Shown here one piece after another: positions 53,621 through 63,303 of a stretch of 64,000 bases of DNA (position 1 is the first letter of the stretch; every line of letters begins with the position of its first letter). The translations under genes and the position numbers were made by a program. Origin of the DNA: Rhodospirillaceae bacterium (GTDB taxonomy: Bacteria; Pseudomonadota; Alphaproteobacteria; GCA-2746255); assembly GCA_002746255.1 (NCBI GenBank), contig NVWO01000001.1, forward strand, positions 230,102 to 294,101. The letters run 5' to 3'. The notes beneath the pieces were generated by a model. That model saw only the letters and a program-made list of their open reading frames with translations, was not told the DNA's origin and did no database searches.

Positions 53621-53768
53621 CGCTTCTTCCCCTTTTAGAACGACGTCCTTTGACCATAATTTTTAATTTATGTCCCCAATCATTTTTCGGATATGTAACG
53701 TCCACTTTCGTAAAAGACAAAGGCAGGTTTTCGAATTCTTGAAGTCGATTCTAAGCTATAGAGTGCCG

Positions 53769-53935
53769 CTAATTAAGCCCAAACTCCCGCCGTTGATCTT
53801 CCCAGGTGAGTGGGATGCCTTTGAGGAGGCGTTTCATATCGAGATCAACCGGCTGAGAGCCGTCGAGAATGGCTTCGACGATGTCGGGGGCGAGGAAGGC
53901 AAGGCGAAGATGATGTCCAACATAGCTTTCGTTCA
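53769..53935 (-). pseudogene. C-terminal remnant of a second large serine recombinase
   Basis: The minus-strand translation SYVGHHLRLAFLAPDIVEAILDGSQPVDLDMKRLLKGIPLTWEDQRREFGLN-stop aligns with the C-terminus of the 16995-18740 recombinase (SYFTRILRLSFLAPDVVKAILHDRHPIELTAKRL...IAWEEQRTRLGIG). Confidence 0.65.
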
Positions 53936-54258
53936 CACCTTCATCACTTGTGATTAGAAAAAGAGATATTTGACGAGCGCTACAATCCCGAGGATAAGCA
54001 GAACGACCACCAATACGCTAACCGGATAGTTCCCAAAATAAGGGCTAGCTGCGAATCGCCGGAAATCAACCGGAATCTAGGCTGTTGGAAGCAACAGCTC
54101 TTCCCAGCCTGCAGGGTTCGCGGTGAACCTTTTGTAATTATTCAATTTAAAAATGGGTTAACTTGAAGGCGCGTTAACTATTTGTTAGCCTTTTCTCTGA
54201 GATCGTGGTTCTTGAGATTGTGCTTCTAGTGTAGACTTCGCTGTTAAGGAATTTCCCA

Positions 54259-55032
54259 ATGTCTAGGAAGCCCATACTGAGCCGGAAGGCTCTCGGATGG
54301 AGTCTCGTTGCTTTAGCTATTAGCGCAACCGGTTTTTACTTCTACGAAGAAACCGGGCAAGCATGGCTGGCTGAACGACTGAACGCAATTATTCCCGCCA
54401 CTAATCATCTGAAATTAGCGCGGGGCGAATCCGTTGGTCGCCCACAGTCACTAAACCTCGCCCCATCGAGCCGACATGAACGGTTGATGGAGGCCCCCAA
54501 AAAAGGATCTCTCAGTCGCCCGCAGTTGCCAAGGCTCACCGCCGTATTGAGCCGGCATGAACGATCAATGAAGGCGCACAAGGAAGTGAATCATACTCAC
54601 GCCTGGCTGGAACTTCTTAAATTGCCAGCTGATGCTAAAGAGATTCAACTCGTTCAAGTAAATATTTTTGTGAATTCGACGCCGTACGTATCGGATATGA
54701 AAAATTATGGTGTGAAGGATTTCTGGGCAAGTCCTCACGAATTTTTTGCCTATGGGGGCGACTGCGATGATTATGCGATTGCGAAATACATTTTTCTGCG
54801 CCACCTCGGTTTTCCAGCCGAGGACCTTCGCATTGTATTTGTCCTCACTGGCAAGCGTCACCAATTGCATTCGGTGCTGATCGTGCGACTTAAAGGAAAC
54901 GAGTATGTCCTCGATAACTTAATCGACACGGTGCGCCCAATTACGCAGATCGAGACGCTGCAGCAATTGGTTTCCTTCAACGAGGACGGGTATCGGATAC
55001 GAGTCCGAAAGATCGGCGCTAACAACCCCTAG
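54259..55032 (+). CDS. periplasmic transglutaminase-like cysteine peptidase (BTLCP family)
   Basis: N-terminal TM/signal segment and the catalytic region GGDCDDYAIAKYIFLRHLGF...HSVLIV. Confidence 0.7.
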   Translation: MSRKPILSRKALGWSLVALAISATGFYFYEETGQAWLAERLNAIIPATNHLKLARGESVGRPQSLNLAPSSRHERLMEAPKKGSLSRPQLPRLTAVLSRHERSMKAHKEVNHTHAWLELLKLPADAKEIQLVQVNIFVNSTPYVSDMKNYGVKDFWASPHEFFAYGGDCDDYAIAKYIFLRHLGFPAEDLRIVFVLTGKRHQLHSVLIVRLKGNEYVLDNLIDTVRPITQIETLQQLVSFNEDGYRIRVRKIGANNP

Positions 55033-55083
55033 GAATTCCCTGTGGGGGAGCAATGACCTTAATGGAGGTTATAGGAGGTACAG

Positions 55084-55491
55084 ATGTGGGAAAATCAAAA
55101 TGTCGTACTGATCGTCGATGATGATTCGGCGTTGGTTCAGATATTGGAAGAGGTTGTTGATGGCCTAGGAATAAAATGTGTCTGCGCACAGACCGGCTCT
55201 CAAGCGGTGATAAAATCTGAAATATACCACCCTGATCTAGTGCTCATGGATGTCAAGATGCCCGATATGGATGGTATTGAAGCCGCTCGTCGGATTCATC
55301 GAGATGCCCCGGATGTACCAATCGTCATCATGTCCGGTGTTCCAAATGCCGTGACGGAAGCGAACCGGGCCAATCTCGGTATTTTCGCGGTTGTCGACAA
55401 ACCAATTCCCATCAAAATGTTCGAACGTCTTATTGGGAAAATATGCCTTAATACCTCTGCTTCCGATTCCCCTCCGCAAGCAGATGATTGA
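55084..55491 (+). CDS. single-domain response regulator (receiver)
   Basis: Receiver-domain sequence VVLIVDDDSALV...DLVLMDVKMPDMDGIEAARRI. Confidence 0.85.
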   Translation: MWENQNVVLIVDDDSALVQILEEVVDGLGIKCVCAQTGSQAVIKSEIYHPDLVLMDVKMPDMDGIEAARRIHRDAPDVPIVIMSGVPNAVTEANRANLGIFAVVDKPIPIKMFERLIGKICLNTSASDSPPQADD

Positions 55492-55726
55492 TATATGCTG
55501 TTTCTTCTGGGTCTCTGTTTGCTAGGTAGAAGCGAGTCGAAGTTCCGGTCATGATGTGGGGTTCCATTTGGCTGATGACGGTCTTCGGCCTCTTCATGGC
55601 GGGAGAGGCCAAAGATCAAGACCGAATGCCGTGAGGGTCAAAGTAATCCTTGACGAATGATGTTATTCGTTCAGCCGAGGGTGCCTTTCACATCTTGTTA
55701 ATCGTTTGGCTTAGGGGGAACTTAAA

Positions 55727-58156
55727 GTGTTTCTGATAGACGCACTTGTCCGGACGTTTCCCAAGTCCTTGCGATCAACGGTTCGCAAGGCCATTGATTT
55801 GCGAAAGCACGTAAAAAAATTATTGGCGCCGGAGCAATCTTTTGAAGAAGCTCTGCAAACGCTTCAACCCATTTTAGATTTTTTACCACTTCTGGTGTCC
55901 TTCAAAGATAGCGAAGGGCACTACAAATGGGTGAATCGACAATATGAACGAACACTCGGTGTTTCTCGGGAAGAGATGATCGGAAAAACCGCGGACGCGT
56001 TCTTCGTGGGAGATAAAAAAAGAGAAACAATCACACGTTCTCTCGAAATCGACCAGCGAGTGGTCGATTCCTTAAACCCCATTTATGAACAAAAGTTCGA
56101 GTTTTTCTTGAGAGGGCGCCGCTGCGTCTTTCAAAGGACAACGTTGCCGATATTGGATAAGCACGGTCGGCTGACAGAGATTTTCTCTGTTGCCAAAAAC
56201 ATCACGGAACAGGAAGTTCTTGAGGAAGCGCTTCGTGAGCACGAGGAACAACTCCGCATGCTCTTGGAGGCAGCAGGCGAAGGAATCTATGGATTGGATT
56301 TGGGAGGAAAGGCCATCTTCATGAATGCTGCCGTGGCTCGGATGGTTGGATATTCGCCGAATGAGTTTATCGGCCAGAAGGTACACTCGCTCATTCACCA
56401 CAGTCATCCCGATGGATCCAGCTATCCCGTCGAAGAATGTCCGATGTATGCGGCGTTCAGAGACGGAACCACCCAGCACACAGAAGACGAGATTCTATGG
56501 CGAAAGGATGGGACAAGTTTCCCTGTCGAATACATCAGCAGACCGCTTCGTAAGAATGGGGCGTTGGTGGGTGCTGTGGTGACCTTCAACGACATCTCAG
56601 AACGAAAAGCTTCAGAAAGGGAGCTGCGCGACAAAGAGGTACGCTTACAGGCAATCTTGGATAATGTGACGGATGGGGTCGTCACGATCAATGAGCACGG
56701 TATCGTTGAGACCATTAATCACTCTGCCGAGATCATGTTTGGTCACTCGGTTGACCAAATTTGCGGTCAAAACGTTTCGGTTCTAATGCCAGAGCCATAT
56801 CACAGTGAACATGACGGCTACATTGAGAGCTACTTGCGTACAGGGAAAGGCAAAATCATTGACGTCGGCGCGCAGGAGGTTGTGGGACTGGACAAAAATG
56901 GAAGGCGGTTTCCATTAGAGCTCTCCATCAGCGTTATGCATATGAATGGGCGGCGGCTATTCATCGGGGTCTTGCGCGATATCACACTGCGAAAGCAGGC
57001 CGAGTATCAGTTACGACAGTCCCAAAAGATGGAAGCAATGGGGCAGCTAACGGGGGGCATTGCGCATGATTTTAATAATCTTCTTCAGGCCATCCTTGGC
57101 AACCTGGAGTTGGCACAAAGACGCATTCCCGATGATGATAAGTTGGTTCGATTCCTAGATGTCGCTCGGAAAGCCAGTCTCCGGGGTGCCGATCTGACGC
57201 AGCGTCTGCTGGCCTTCTCACGCAAGCAGACCCTGGAGCCAGAGATGGTAGATGTGAACAAGCTGGTCGCGAACATGGCCGAGTTGATACAGCAGACCCT
57301 GGGGGAGGACATTGAGATCGAAACCGTCCTGGCGGGCGGCTTGTGGAAAATCTTGGTGGATTTGGGCCAACTGGAGAACGTAATACTCAATCTTGCCATC
57401 AATGCGCGCGATGCCATGCCGGAGGGCGGTAAACTTACCATAGAGACGCTCAACACCCGTCTGGATCAAGCCTATGCCGGTGCACATGAGGAAGTGAACC
57501 CCGGCCAGTACGTTATGATCGGAGTCACCGACACCGGCATCGGGATGTCGCCGGAAGTAATCGAACACGCGTTCGATCCGTTCTACACCACCAAGGCGCA
57601 GGGCAAGGGCACCGGGCTAGGGTTGAGTATGAGCCATGGCTTCATCAAGCAATCGGGTGGCCATATCAAGATCTACAGCGAAGCGGGAGAGGGCACGACG
57701 GTCAAGCTGTACTTGCCCAGGATAATGGGCGGGGCTCGAAGCCCGCGCATAGTAGAGATGCCTGAATCCACCGAGCGTATGGGAAACGAGACCATTTTTG
57801 TCGTTGAGGATGACCCGGATGTTCGATTTTTTGTCGTTAATGCTCTGAGCATTAACGGATATCATATCTTAGAGGCGGAAGACGGCCCAGCAGCCATCGC
57901 CCTCCTGGATAAGGAGAGTATCTCACACATTGATTTGCTGCTCACAGACGTGGTGCTGCCGCACGGGATGAACGGTCGGCAGGTCGCTGAGGAAATACAG
58001 AAGCGTTTTCCTAAGATCAAGGTTCTGTTCACCTCAGGCTATACGGAAAACGCCATCGTTCACCAAGGAAAGCTTGACGAAGACGCCGAGCTGTTGGCGA
58101 AGCCATATACGAGAGAGACACTGTCGCGGAAAGTTCGAGCGGCGCTCGATGATTAA
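55727..58156 (+). CDS. hybrid sensor histidine kinase with multiple PAS domains
   Basis: Several PAS-like segments, the H-box GGIAHDFNNLL, HATPase motifs (DTGIGM, GTGLGLS) and a C-terminal receiver (FVVEDDPDVR...LLLTDVVLP). Confidence 0.88.
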   Translation: MFLIDALVRTFPKSLRSTVRKAIDLRKHVKKLLAPEQSFEEALQTLQPILDFLPLLVSFKDSEGHYKWVNRQYERTLGVSREEMIGKTADAFFVGDKKRETITRSLEIDQRVVDSLNPIYEQKFEFFLRGRRCVFQRTTLPILDKHGRLTEIFSVAKNITEQEVLEEALREHEEQLRMLLEAAGEGIYGLDLGGKAIFMNAAVARMVGYSPNEFIGQKVHSLIHHSHPDGSSYPVEECPMYAAFRDGTTQHTEDEILWRKDGTSFPVEYISRPLRKNGALVGAVVTFNDISERKASERELRDKEVRLQAILDNVTDGVVTINEHGIVETINHSAEIMFGHSVDQICGQNVSVLMPEPYHSEHDGYIESYLRTGKGKIIDVGAQEVVGLDKNGRRFPLELSISVMHMNGRRLFIGVLRDITLRKQAEYQLRQSQKMEAMGQLTGGIAHDFNNLLQAILGNLELAQRRIPDDDKLVRFLDVARKASLRGADLTQRLLAFSRKQTLEPEMVDVNKLVANMAELIQQTLGEDIEIETVLAGGLWKILVDLGQLENVILNLAINARDAMPEGGKLTIETLNTRLDQAYAGAHEEVNPGQYVMIGVTDTGIGMSPEVIEHAFDPFYTTKAQGKGTGLGLSMSHGFIKQSGGHIKIYSEAGEGTTVKLYLPRIMGGARSPRIVEMPESTERMGNETIFVVEDDPDVRFFVVNALSINGYHILEAEDGPAAIALLDKESISHIDLLLTDVVLPHGMNGRQVAEEIQKRFPKIKVLFTSGYTENAIVHQGKLDEDAELLAKPYTRETLSRKVRAALDD

Positions 58157-58201
58157 GTAGGCTTATCTAAAAAGGGACCATATCTGAGCATGGATCTCAC
58201 T

Positions 58202-58428
58202 GGCATTGTCAGAGTAAATCGGCTTGAGGCAGAGTGTTGCATTCCGTAGCCTTGGCGGATGAGAAATCCTTTCCGTTGTTTCAACAGCTCGCCTGAAGTA
58301 ATCCGCCTGGCGGTGATGATGTACGTAAAGTTCAACGTGACGCGGCCATCGCCGAATGGCGTTAATTGTCGGCCTGAAAACGAAGTTGCGGACATTTCTG
58401 AGGCTTGTTTTATTCTACTGACAGCACC
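58202..58428 (+). mobile_element. IS6-family-like MITE (about 227 bp deletion derivative)
   Basis: Left repeat ggcattgtcagagtaaatcggcttg, right end ctactgacagcacc. The interior keeps a transposase N-terminal remnant (NPFRCFNSSPEVIRLAVMMYVKF) joined to the 3-prime end. Confidence 0.6.
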
Positions 58429-58469
58429 TTTCTCTTGCAACGCCTAGGGCGTCCATACATGACAATGCC

Positions 58470-58733
58470 ATGGTAGATGTAGAAATTTATTCGGGCTTTC
58501 TTTGCGGCTATTGCATTTCCGCGAAACGCCTTTTGAGGCGCAAGAAAGTTGAATTCCGGGAAATTAATGTCAGCCTACGGCCTTGGCGACGAATGGAAAT
58601 GATACGCCGCGCCGGCGGACGGCGCACCGTCCCACAGATATTCCTGAACGGTAGGCACATCGGAGGATGTGAGGAGTTATTCGCCCTTGATGCAATCGGC
58701 AAGCTTGATTCTATGCTCGACACGCGTGACTAA
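58470..58733 (+). CDS. grxC: glutaredoxin (Grx3-like)
   Basis: 87-aa ORF with the active site CGYC and the motif TVPQIFLNGRHIGGCEE. Confidence 0.85.
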   Translation: MVDVEIYSGFLCGYCISAKRLLRRKKVEFREINVSLRPWRRMEMIRRAGGRRTVPQIFLNGRHIGGCEELFALDAIGKLDSMLDTRD

Positions 58734-58762
58734 ATTTGAATGCTCCTACCCGTGTTTGCTTT

Positions 58763-59016
58763 GGCGTTGTCAGTCTAAATCGGCTTGCGACAGCGTCTCT
58801 TATTCGTGCAGACGCGCGCACGGTTCAGGGACGTAAAGACCTTGGAGAAATTCGCCGCCGCCCATGCCGCTATCCACAATCATTTCAACCACGACCGCCA
58901 CCTCAATCGCCGCGATGTTTTCAAGCAGAGGCGTTCGGCTGCCCTCGCCGAGTGGCGTCAGCTTGCGGCGTAAAAACCCAGAAGTCTGGAGATTTGGAGG
59001 CGGGTTTGCATTGGAC
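58763..59016 (+). mobile_element. IS6-family-like MITE retaining a transposase C-terminal remnant
   Basis: Left repeat ggcgttgtcagtctaaatcggcttg, remnant LEKFAAAHAAIHNHFNHDRHLNRRDVFKQRRSAALAEWRQLAA, right end gacggacagcatc. Confidence 0.6.
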
Positions 59017-59029
59017 GGACAGCATCTGG

Positions 59030-60439
59030 TTAAAAAAGGCCACAGACGAGTGCTCGTTGGACACCTGGTTTGAGCAAATGAAGTCCGTCAATGAGCTTTT
59101 CAGGACCGATTAAGACATCAACAATTTGCCTGGAATAACGAATGGCCGTTTCTCGCATCATGCCCATCATTGGCCATCCCCACAAAGCCGATACGGTAAC
59201 GCCATCTTGTACAAAATGGGGCTCCGTCAGAAAACTGCAACTGATAACGGCTTCTACAGGGCTTCGATTGGTTGCGCTCCCACCGACCAAGTCGATAACC
59301 ACGGACTGATCCGGAATAATGTCTTTGAGGTGCTGGTTGCTGATCAAAAAGTTCACGCCCCTTAACTCAGGGGATTGTTCTGCGCCGTTGATCACTATGT
59401 CCACATCATTTAGCCAAAAATCAATGCGGCCCTTTGCTGTTTGCGAGCGGCCCAGCACATGGATCTTTTTGACCCCCTGGCTACGCAATTCATGCAATGC
59501 CCCTTGAGCCACATTGCCATAACCAAGGACAATCGCTTTTGCATTCGCTATGTCCAATGATGGCTTGTTTTCTTTTAGCAATTTAACGCCGTACCGCGCA
59601 CCGGCTTGGCCGGTTTCATGCAAACATTGGATGCGGCGCAAACCAAATTCGGCGGGTGGATGGCTGGCACGATAAGCGGCAATGGCTTGCTCGCCATGAC
59701 GTTGTTCAAATTCAAAAAGATCAAAAATGTGTGTGCCGTTGTCCTGTAGTTTGATCAGAATATCTTGTCGGTCTTCAAAATCCAGGCTGTCATAAAAATA
59801 CAGAGCATTTTCGCCGACCGTATCAAGCTCTTCGAAGGAAAGATTTGGCTGAATGATCTGCAAAGAGCGGGGATTGCGATTGCCGCATCGGCGGATAGAA
59901 CTATGCAATCGCTTGCTACAGCCAAGCACCCGAACACGCAAGCTACCTATGGTATTTCTAGCAAAAAAGGGCTTTAAGGCCTCGGTCATGGCGAGGCGAC
60001 CGAGAATATCCTGATCTGTATTAACCTTTGGCGATTCAGATATTTCTTCCATAGCAATGACATTGATACGCCGATCCTGAAGTAATTTAGCCCTGTCTGG
60101 ATAGGAGTGAAAATGCACCATGCAGAATAAAGTGCAGCCTTCCCGCATCTCTTCAATTGAAGAAAGGGATGGTCCCTTAAGCTTGATAATGAGCTCTTTA
60201 TCTCGATAAAGTTGCTCTGACGGCTGCATAATAGCGTTGTTTTTTTCGTATTCGGCATCGTTGAATCCAACGCCATCTCCAGCGCCGTATTCAACGTAAA
60301 CTTTAACGCCCACCCGGGAAAGTTTGCCGACATCTTCAGGTGTCAGGGCAACACGCCTTTCCAAGGCACCAGGATTTTCCGGAGACTCAATTTCTTTTGC
60401 AAGGGCAAGGGTAGAAAATTTTTGTGAAGATGGTGTCAT
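59030..60439 (-). CDS. alanine dehydrogenase/PNT-domain NAD(P)-dependent dehydrogenase family protein
   Basis: AlaDH/PNT N-domain-like start (ERRVALTPEDVGKLSRVGVKVYVEYGAG) and a Rossmann motif (VLGYGNVAQGA). I chose the start at MTPSSQKF (60439) because the track ORF runs into the MITE. Confidence 0.6.
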   Translation of the reverse strand: MTPSSQKFSTLALAKEIESPENPGALERRVALTPEDVGKLSRVGVKVYVEYGAGDGVGFNDAEYEKNNAIMQPSEQLYRDKELIIKLKGPSLSSIEEMREGCTLFCMVHFHSYPDRAKLLQDRRINVIAMEEISESPKVNTDQDILGRLAMTEALKPFFARNTIGSLRVRVLGCSKRLHSSIRRCGNRNPRSLQIIQPNLSFEELDTVGENALYFYDSLDFEDRQDILIKLQDNGTHIFDLFEFEQRHGEQAIAAYRASHPPAEFGLRRIQCLHETGQAGARYGVKLLKENKPSLDIANAKAIVLGYGNVAQGALHELRSQGVKKIHVLGRSQTAKGRIDFWLNDVDIVINGAEQSPELRGVNFLISNQHLKDIIPDQSVVIDLVGGSATNRSPVEAVISCSFLTEPHFVQDGVTVSALWGWPMMGMMRETAIRYSRQIVDVLIGPEKLIDGLHLLKPGVQRALVCGLF

Positions 60440-60538
60440 GTGAGCACACGAAATGTAAGTTGGCACGCAATTGCATCTAATAATTTTAGGCTGGAGCGTA
60501 GCGTAATCTTGAGAGTACGGCGTGGCAAGATGGTCCAA

Positions 60539-60758
60539 GGGCATTGTCAGAGTACATCAGCTTGAGCTTGGAAGTCGGCTTCCATGGCTTGTCACGGATG
60601 AAAAACCCCTCCCGCTGTTTCAACATCTCGCCTGAAGTAATCTGCCTGGCGGTGAGGATGTACGTAAAGTTCAACGTGACGCTGCCCTCGCCGAATGGCG
60701 TCAATTGGCGGCCTGAGACTTCCGGTCGTGCTCACTTTGGAGGCGGGTTCGCACCAGA
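60539..60758 (+). mobile_element. IS6-family-like MITE (about 220 bp)
   Basis: ggcattgtcagagtacatcagcttg ... gactgacagcgcc. It is near-colinear with the 58202-58428 copy. Confidence 0.6.
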
Positions 60759-60783
60759 CTGACAGCGCCGTTTGTCGCAGTCT

Positions 60784-62409
60784 TCAATGTCTGTTGCCAA
60801 GAATTCCTGTTTTGATCGCATAATCCACGACCAAGCCATAGTTTGGGTCATCATCAGAATCCTCGACCAACTGGCCGGCTCGTTGAAGAAGCCGATGACA
60901 ATCACGGGACAAATGGCGAAGTCGAATGGTTTTTCCCAGTGCTTCATATTTTTGAGCCAAGCCCTCAATGACTTGAAGCGCAGATTGGTCAACAACGCGG
61001 CTGTTTTTAAAATCAACAACAACGAGATCAGGGTCATTCTGCGGGTCAAAAATTTCTAAAAACCCACCAACTGAACCAAAAAACAGCGGTCCTTCAATTA
61101 AGTAGACCTTGCCGCCGTCTGAGGTGTTCTGGGTAGAGGCATGGATGCGAATGGCATTGTTCCAAGCGTAGGCTAGGGCAGAAACAATGACGCCAACGAT
61201 AACCGCAATTGCCAAATCACTCATAACCGTCACAACGGTCACCAGTCCCATCACCAGGGCATCGGTCAGGGGGATGCGGCGCAAGATGACCAGGCTTTGC
61301 CAGGCAAAGGTGCCAATAACGACCATGAACATGACGCCGACCAGAGCCGCAAGTGGAATTTGCTCGATCAGGTCGGAGCCAACCAGAATAAAAGCCAGCA
61401 AAAACAAAGCCGCCGAAATGGCTGAAAGTCGAGTGCGCCCGCCGGATTTTACATTGATCATGGATTGCCCGATCATCGCGCAGCCTCCCATGCCGCCAAA
61501 GAAACCGGTCACGGTATTGGCGAGGCCCTGGGCAATGCATTCTTGTGATGCGCCGCCGCGCCGGCCCGTGATTTCGCCAACCAAATTGTGTGTTAGGAGA
61601 CTTTCAATCAGGCCAATTGCTGCAAGGATTAAGGCAAAGGGAAAAATTATTTCTAATGTTTCCAGGTTTAGGGGAACCATTGGGATGTGAAATTGTGGGA
61701 AGCCGCCTTTTATGGATGCCAAATCACCGACACGAGGCACCTCAAGGCCAAAGAAAATGACGATTGCCGAGACGATGGCAATTCCGGCTAGCGGCGCCGG
61801 GATGATGTTGGTGATTTTGGGAACCCCCCAAATCATCAGCATGGTCAGGACGACCAATCCCAACATAATTATTAAAGGAAGTCCGGTCATCCAGACTTTG
61901 ACATCATCTGGGCCCAGCACTTGAAACTGGGTGAGCTGGGCCAGAAAAATAACAATCGCAAGCCCGTTTACAAACCCAAGCATAACCGGGTGGGGGACAA
62001 GGCGGATGAATTTTCCAAGACGAAAAATTCCGGCTAGAATTTGAAATATGCCCATGAGCACGACAGTCGCGAATAGATATTCGACGCCGTGTTTGGCAAC
62101 CAGGGCCACCATGACAACGGCAAGTGCGCCGGTGGCACCAGAAATCATGCCGCGACGGCCGCCAATGGCTGCCGTAATTAAACCGACAATAAAGGCGGCA
62201 TAGAGACCGACGAGAGGATGAACGCCGGCTACAAAGGAAAATGCGACGGCTTCAGGAACCAGCGCCAGGGCGACGGTAAGACCAGAGAGCAGTTCAATTT
62301 TGATACGGTTGGGCGTAAACGGCGGAAGCTCTGAATCATTTAAATTGGCAGAAGATAAACGAGCGGCGAAGGCGGCAAGCGTTGGCTTGTTCAAAGGTGT
62401 TAGTTCCAT
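60784..62409 (-). CDS. SulP-family anion transporter with C-terminal STAS domain
   Basis: 541-aa multi-TM ORF with SulP-like segments and a STAS-like tail (VVVDFKNSRVVDQSALQVIEGLAQKYEALGK). Confidence 0.85.
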   Translation of the reverse strand: MELTPLNKPTLAAFAARLSSANLNDSELPPFTPNRIKIELLSGLTVALALVPEAVAFSFVAGVHPLVGLYAAFIVGLITAAIGGRRGMISGATGALAVVMVALVAKHGVEYLFATVVLMGIFQILAGIFRLGKFIRLVPHPVMLGFVNGLAIVIFLAQLTQFQVLGPDDVKVWMTGLPLIIMLGLVVLTMLMIWGVPKITNIIPAPLAGIAIVSAIVIFFGLEVPRVGDLASIKGGFPQFHIPMVPLNLETLEIIFPFALILAAIGLIESLLTHNLVGEITGRRGGASQECIAQGLANTVTGFFGGMGGCAMIGQSMINVKSGGRTRLSAISAALFLLAFILVGSDLIEQIPLAALVGVMFMVVIGTFAWQSLVILRRIPLTDALVMGLVTVVTVMSDLAIAVIVGVIVSALAYAWNNAIRIHASTQNTSDGGKVYLIEGPLFFGSVGGFLEIFDPQNDPDLVVVDFKNSRVVDQSALQVIEGLAQKYEALGKTIRLRHLSRDCHRLLQRAGQLVEDSDDDPNYGLVVDYAIKTGILGNRH

Positions 62410-62875
62410 TTTGAATGACAGGTGCCAATCCCTTAATCGGGGATTGTTTGCAGCGACGTCTGTCAGGATTTACAGCGAAATTTGTTCGTGATTGGCAGGT
62501 TCATATCTTAGTTTGACTGCCAACACCAACAATGCCGTGTCGGGGCACATGTGCCCGAACCAGCGATTTGATGGGGGAGGCACCTGGCGGAGAACTTGTC
62601 TGGTATTTTGGAGGCCTGGGTCACGTTAAAATGACAGCTCCCGTCCCATTGCATCGTCAAGTCGCATAGGCTCAAATAGTCAAAGGACGATCCTTTCAGC
62701 TTACGGCATTGAATTATGGGACGGGGTGGCGAATGCCTGGAAGGTGGCCGATGTTGTGCGTGTCGGCGACGAAATTCTACTTGTTGTCGAAGCCTATGGC
62801 ATGGGGACCCACCGTTTCTTAATGCCCGTCTGGAAATAGCCGATCCCAGCTGACGGCCTCAGCCTGGGCCGGAAC

Positions 62876-63220
62876 GTGCGGCATGAGCCTGCGCGCCTTG
62901 AACCCAATGGCGTGAAGGTCGATCAGGAGGGGGTTGGGGCCTCCGCAGGCCGATTGGGTGCGAACGCAACCGTCACCCCTGCAACCGGTGAACTTGTGAT
63001 TGAAGTGGGGGATCGTTCCTTTCCCTGCAGAGGGTTGGATGTGACCGTGCTGCGGACCTGTCGTTCCGCCAATGATTACGATGGGCCAATGGGCCATGGC
63101 TGGCTTCTCTCCTGGCACAGTTTTCTCTGGGAAGTTTCCGAAGATGAGGTCGCTTTTCTTTCCCAGGAAGGTCAGATTTTTCGCGTTACAAAGAACGCGA
63201 GCGGGCGACCGTCGCCTTAG
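62876..63220 (+). CDS. possible RHS/YD-repeat-protein N-terminal-like fragment
   Basis: The segment LDVTVLRTCRSANDYDGPMGHGWLLSW resembles the first RHS-core repeat context. It is short, isolated and competes with an antisense ORF, so confidence is low. Confidence 0.2.
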   Translation: MRHEPARLEPNGVKVDQEGVGASAGRLGANATVTPATGELVIEVGDRSFPCRGLDVTVLRTCRSANDYDGPMGHGWLLSWHSFLWEVSEDEVAFLSQEGQIFRVTKNASGRPSP

Positions 63221-63303
63221 CCAAGCGGGGCGTTTGTGGCTTGGTATCCAGGCGTTTCTGCCCAACGGTGTTCCCCTGACACGGCCCAAGCGGGTGAGCA
63301 TGC

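Noticed and set aside
59030-60544. Full 504-aa ORF as the dehydrogenase
   Set aside because: The first 35 codons read into the IS6-type MITE at 60539-60758. The ATG at 60439 gives a sensible N-terminus.
62819-63301. 160-aa minus-strand ORF
   Set aside because: It has no recognisable features and competes with the plus-strand ORF carrying a weak RHS-like segment. Neither is well supported.
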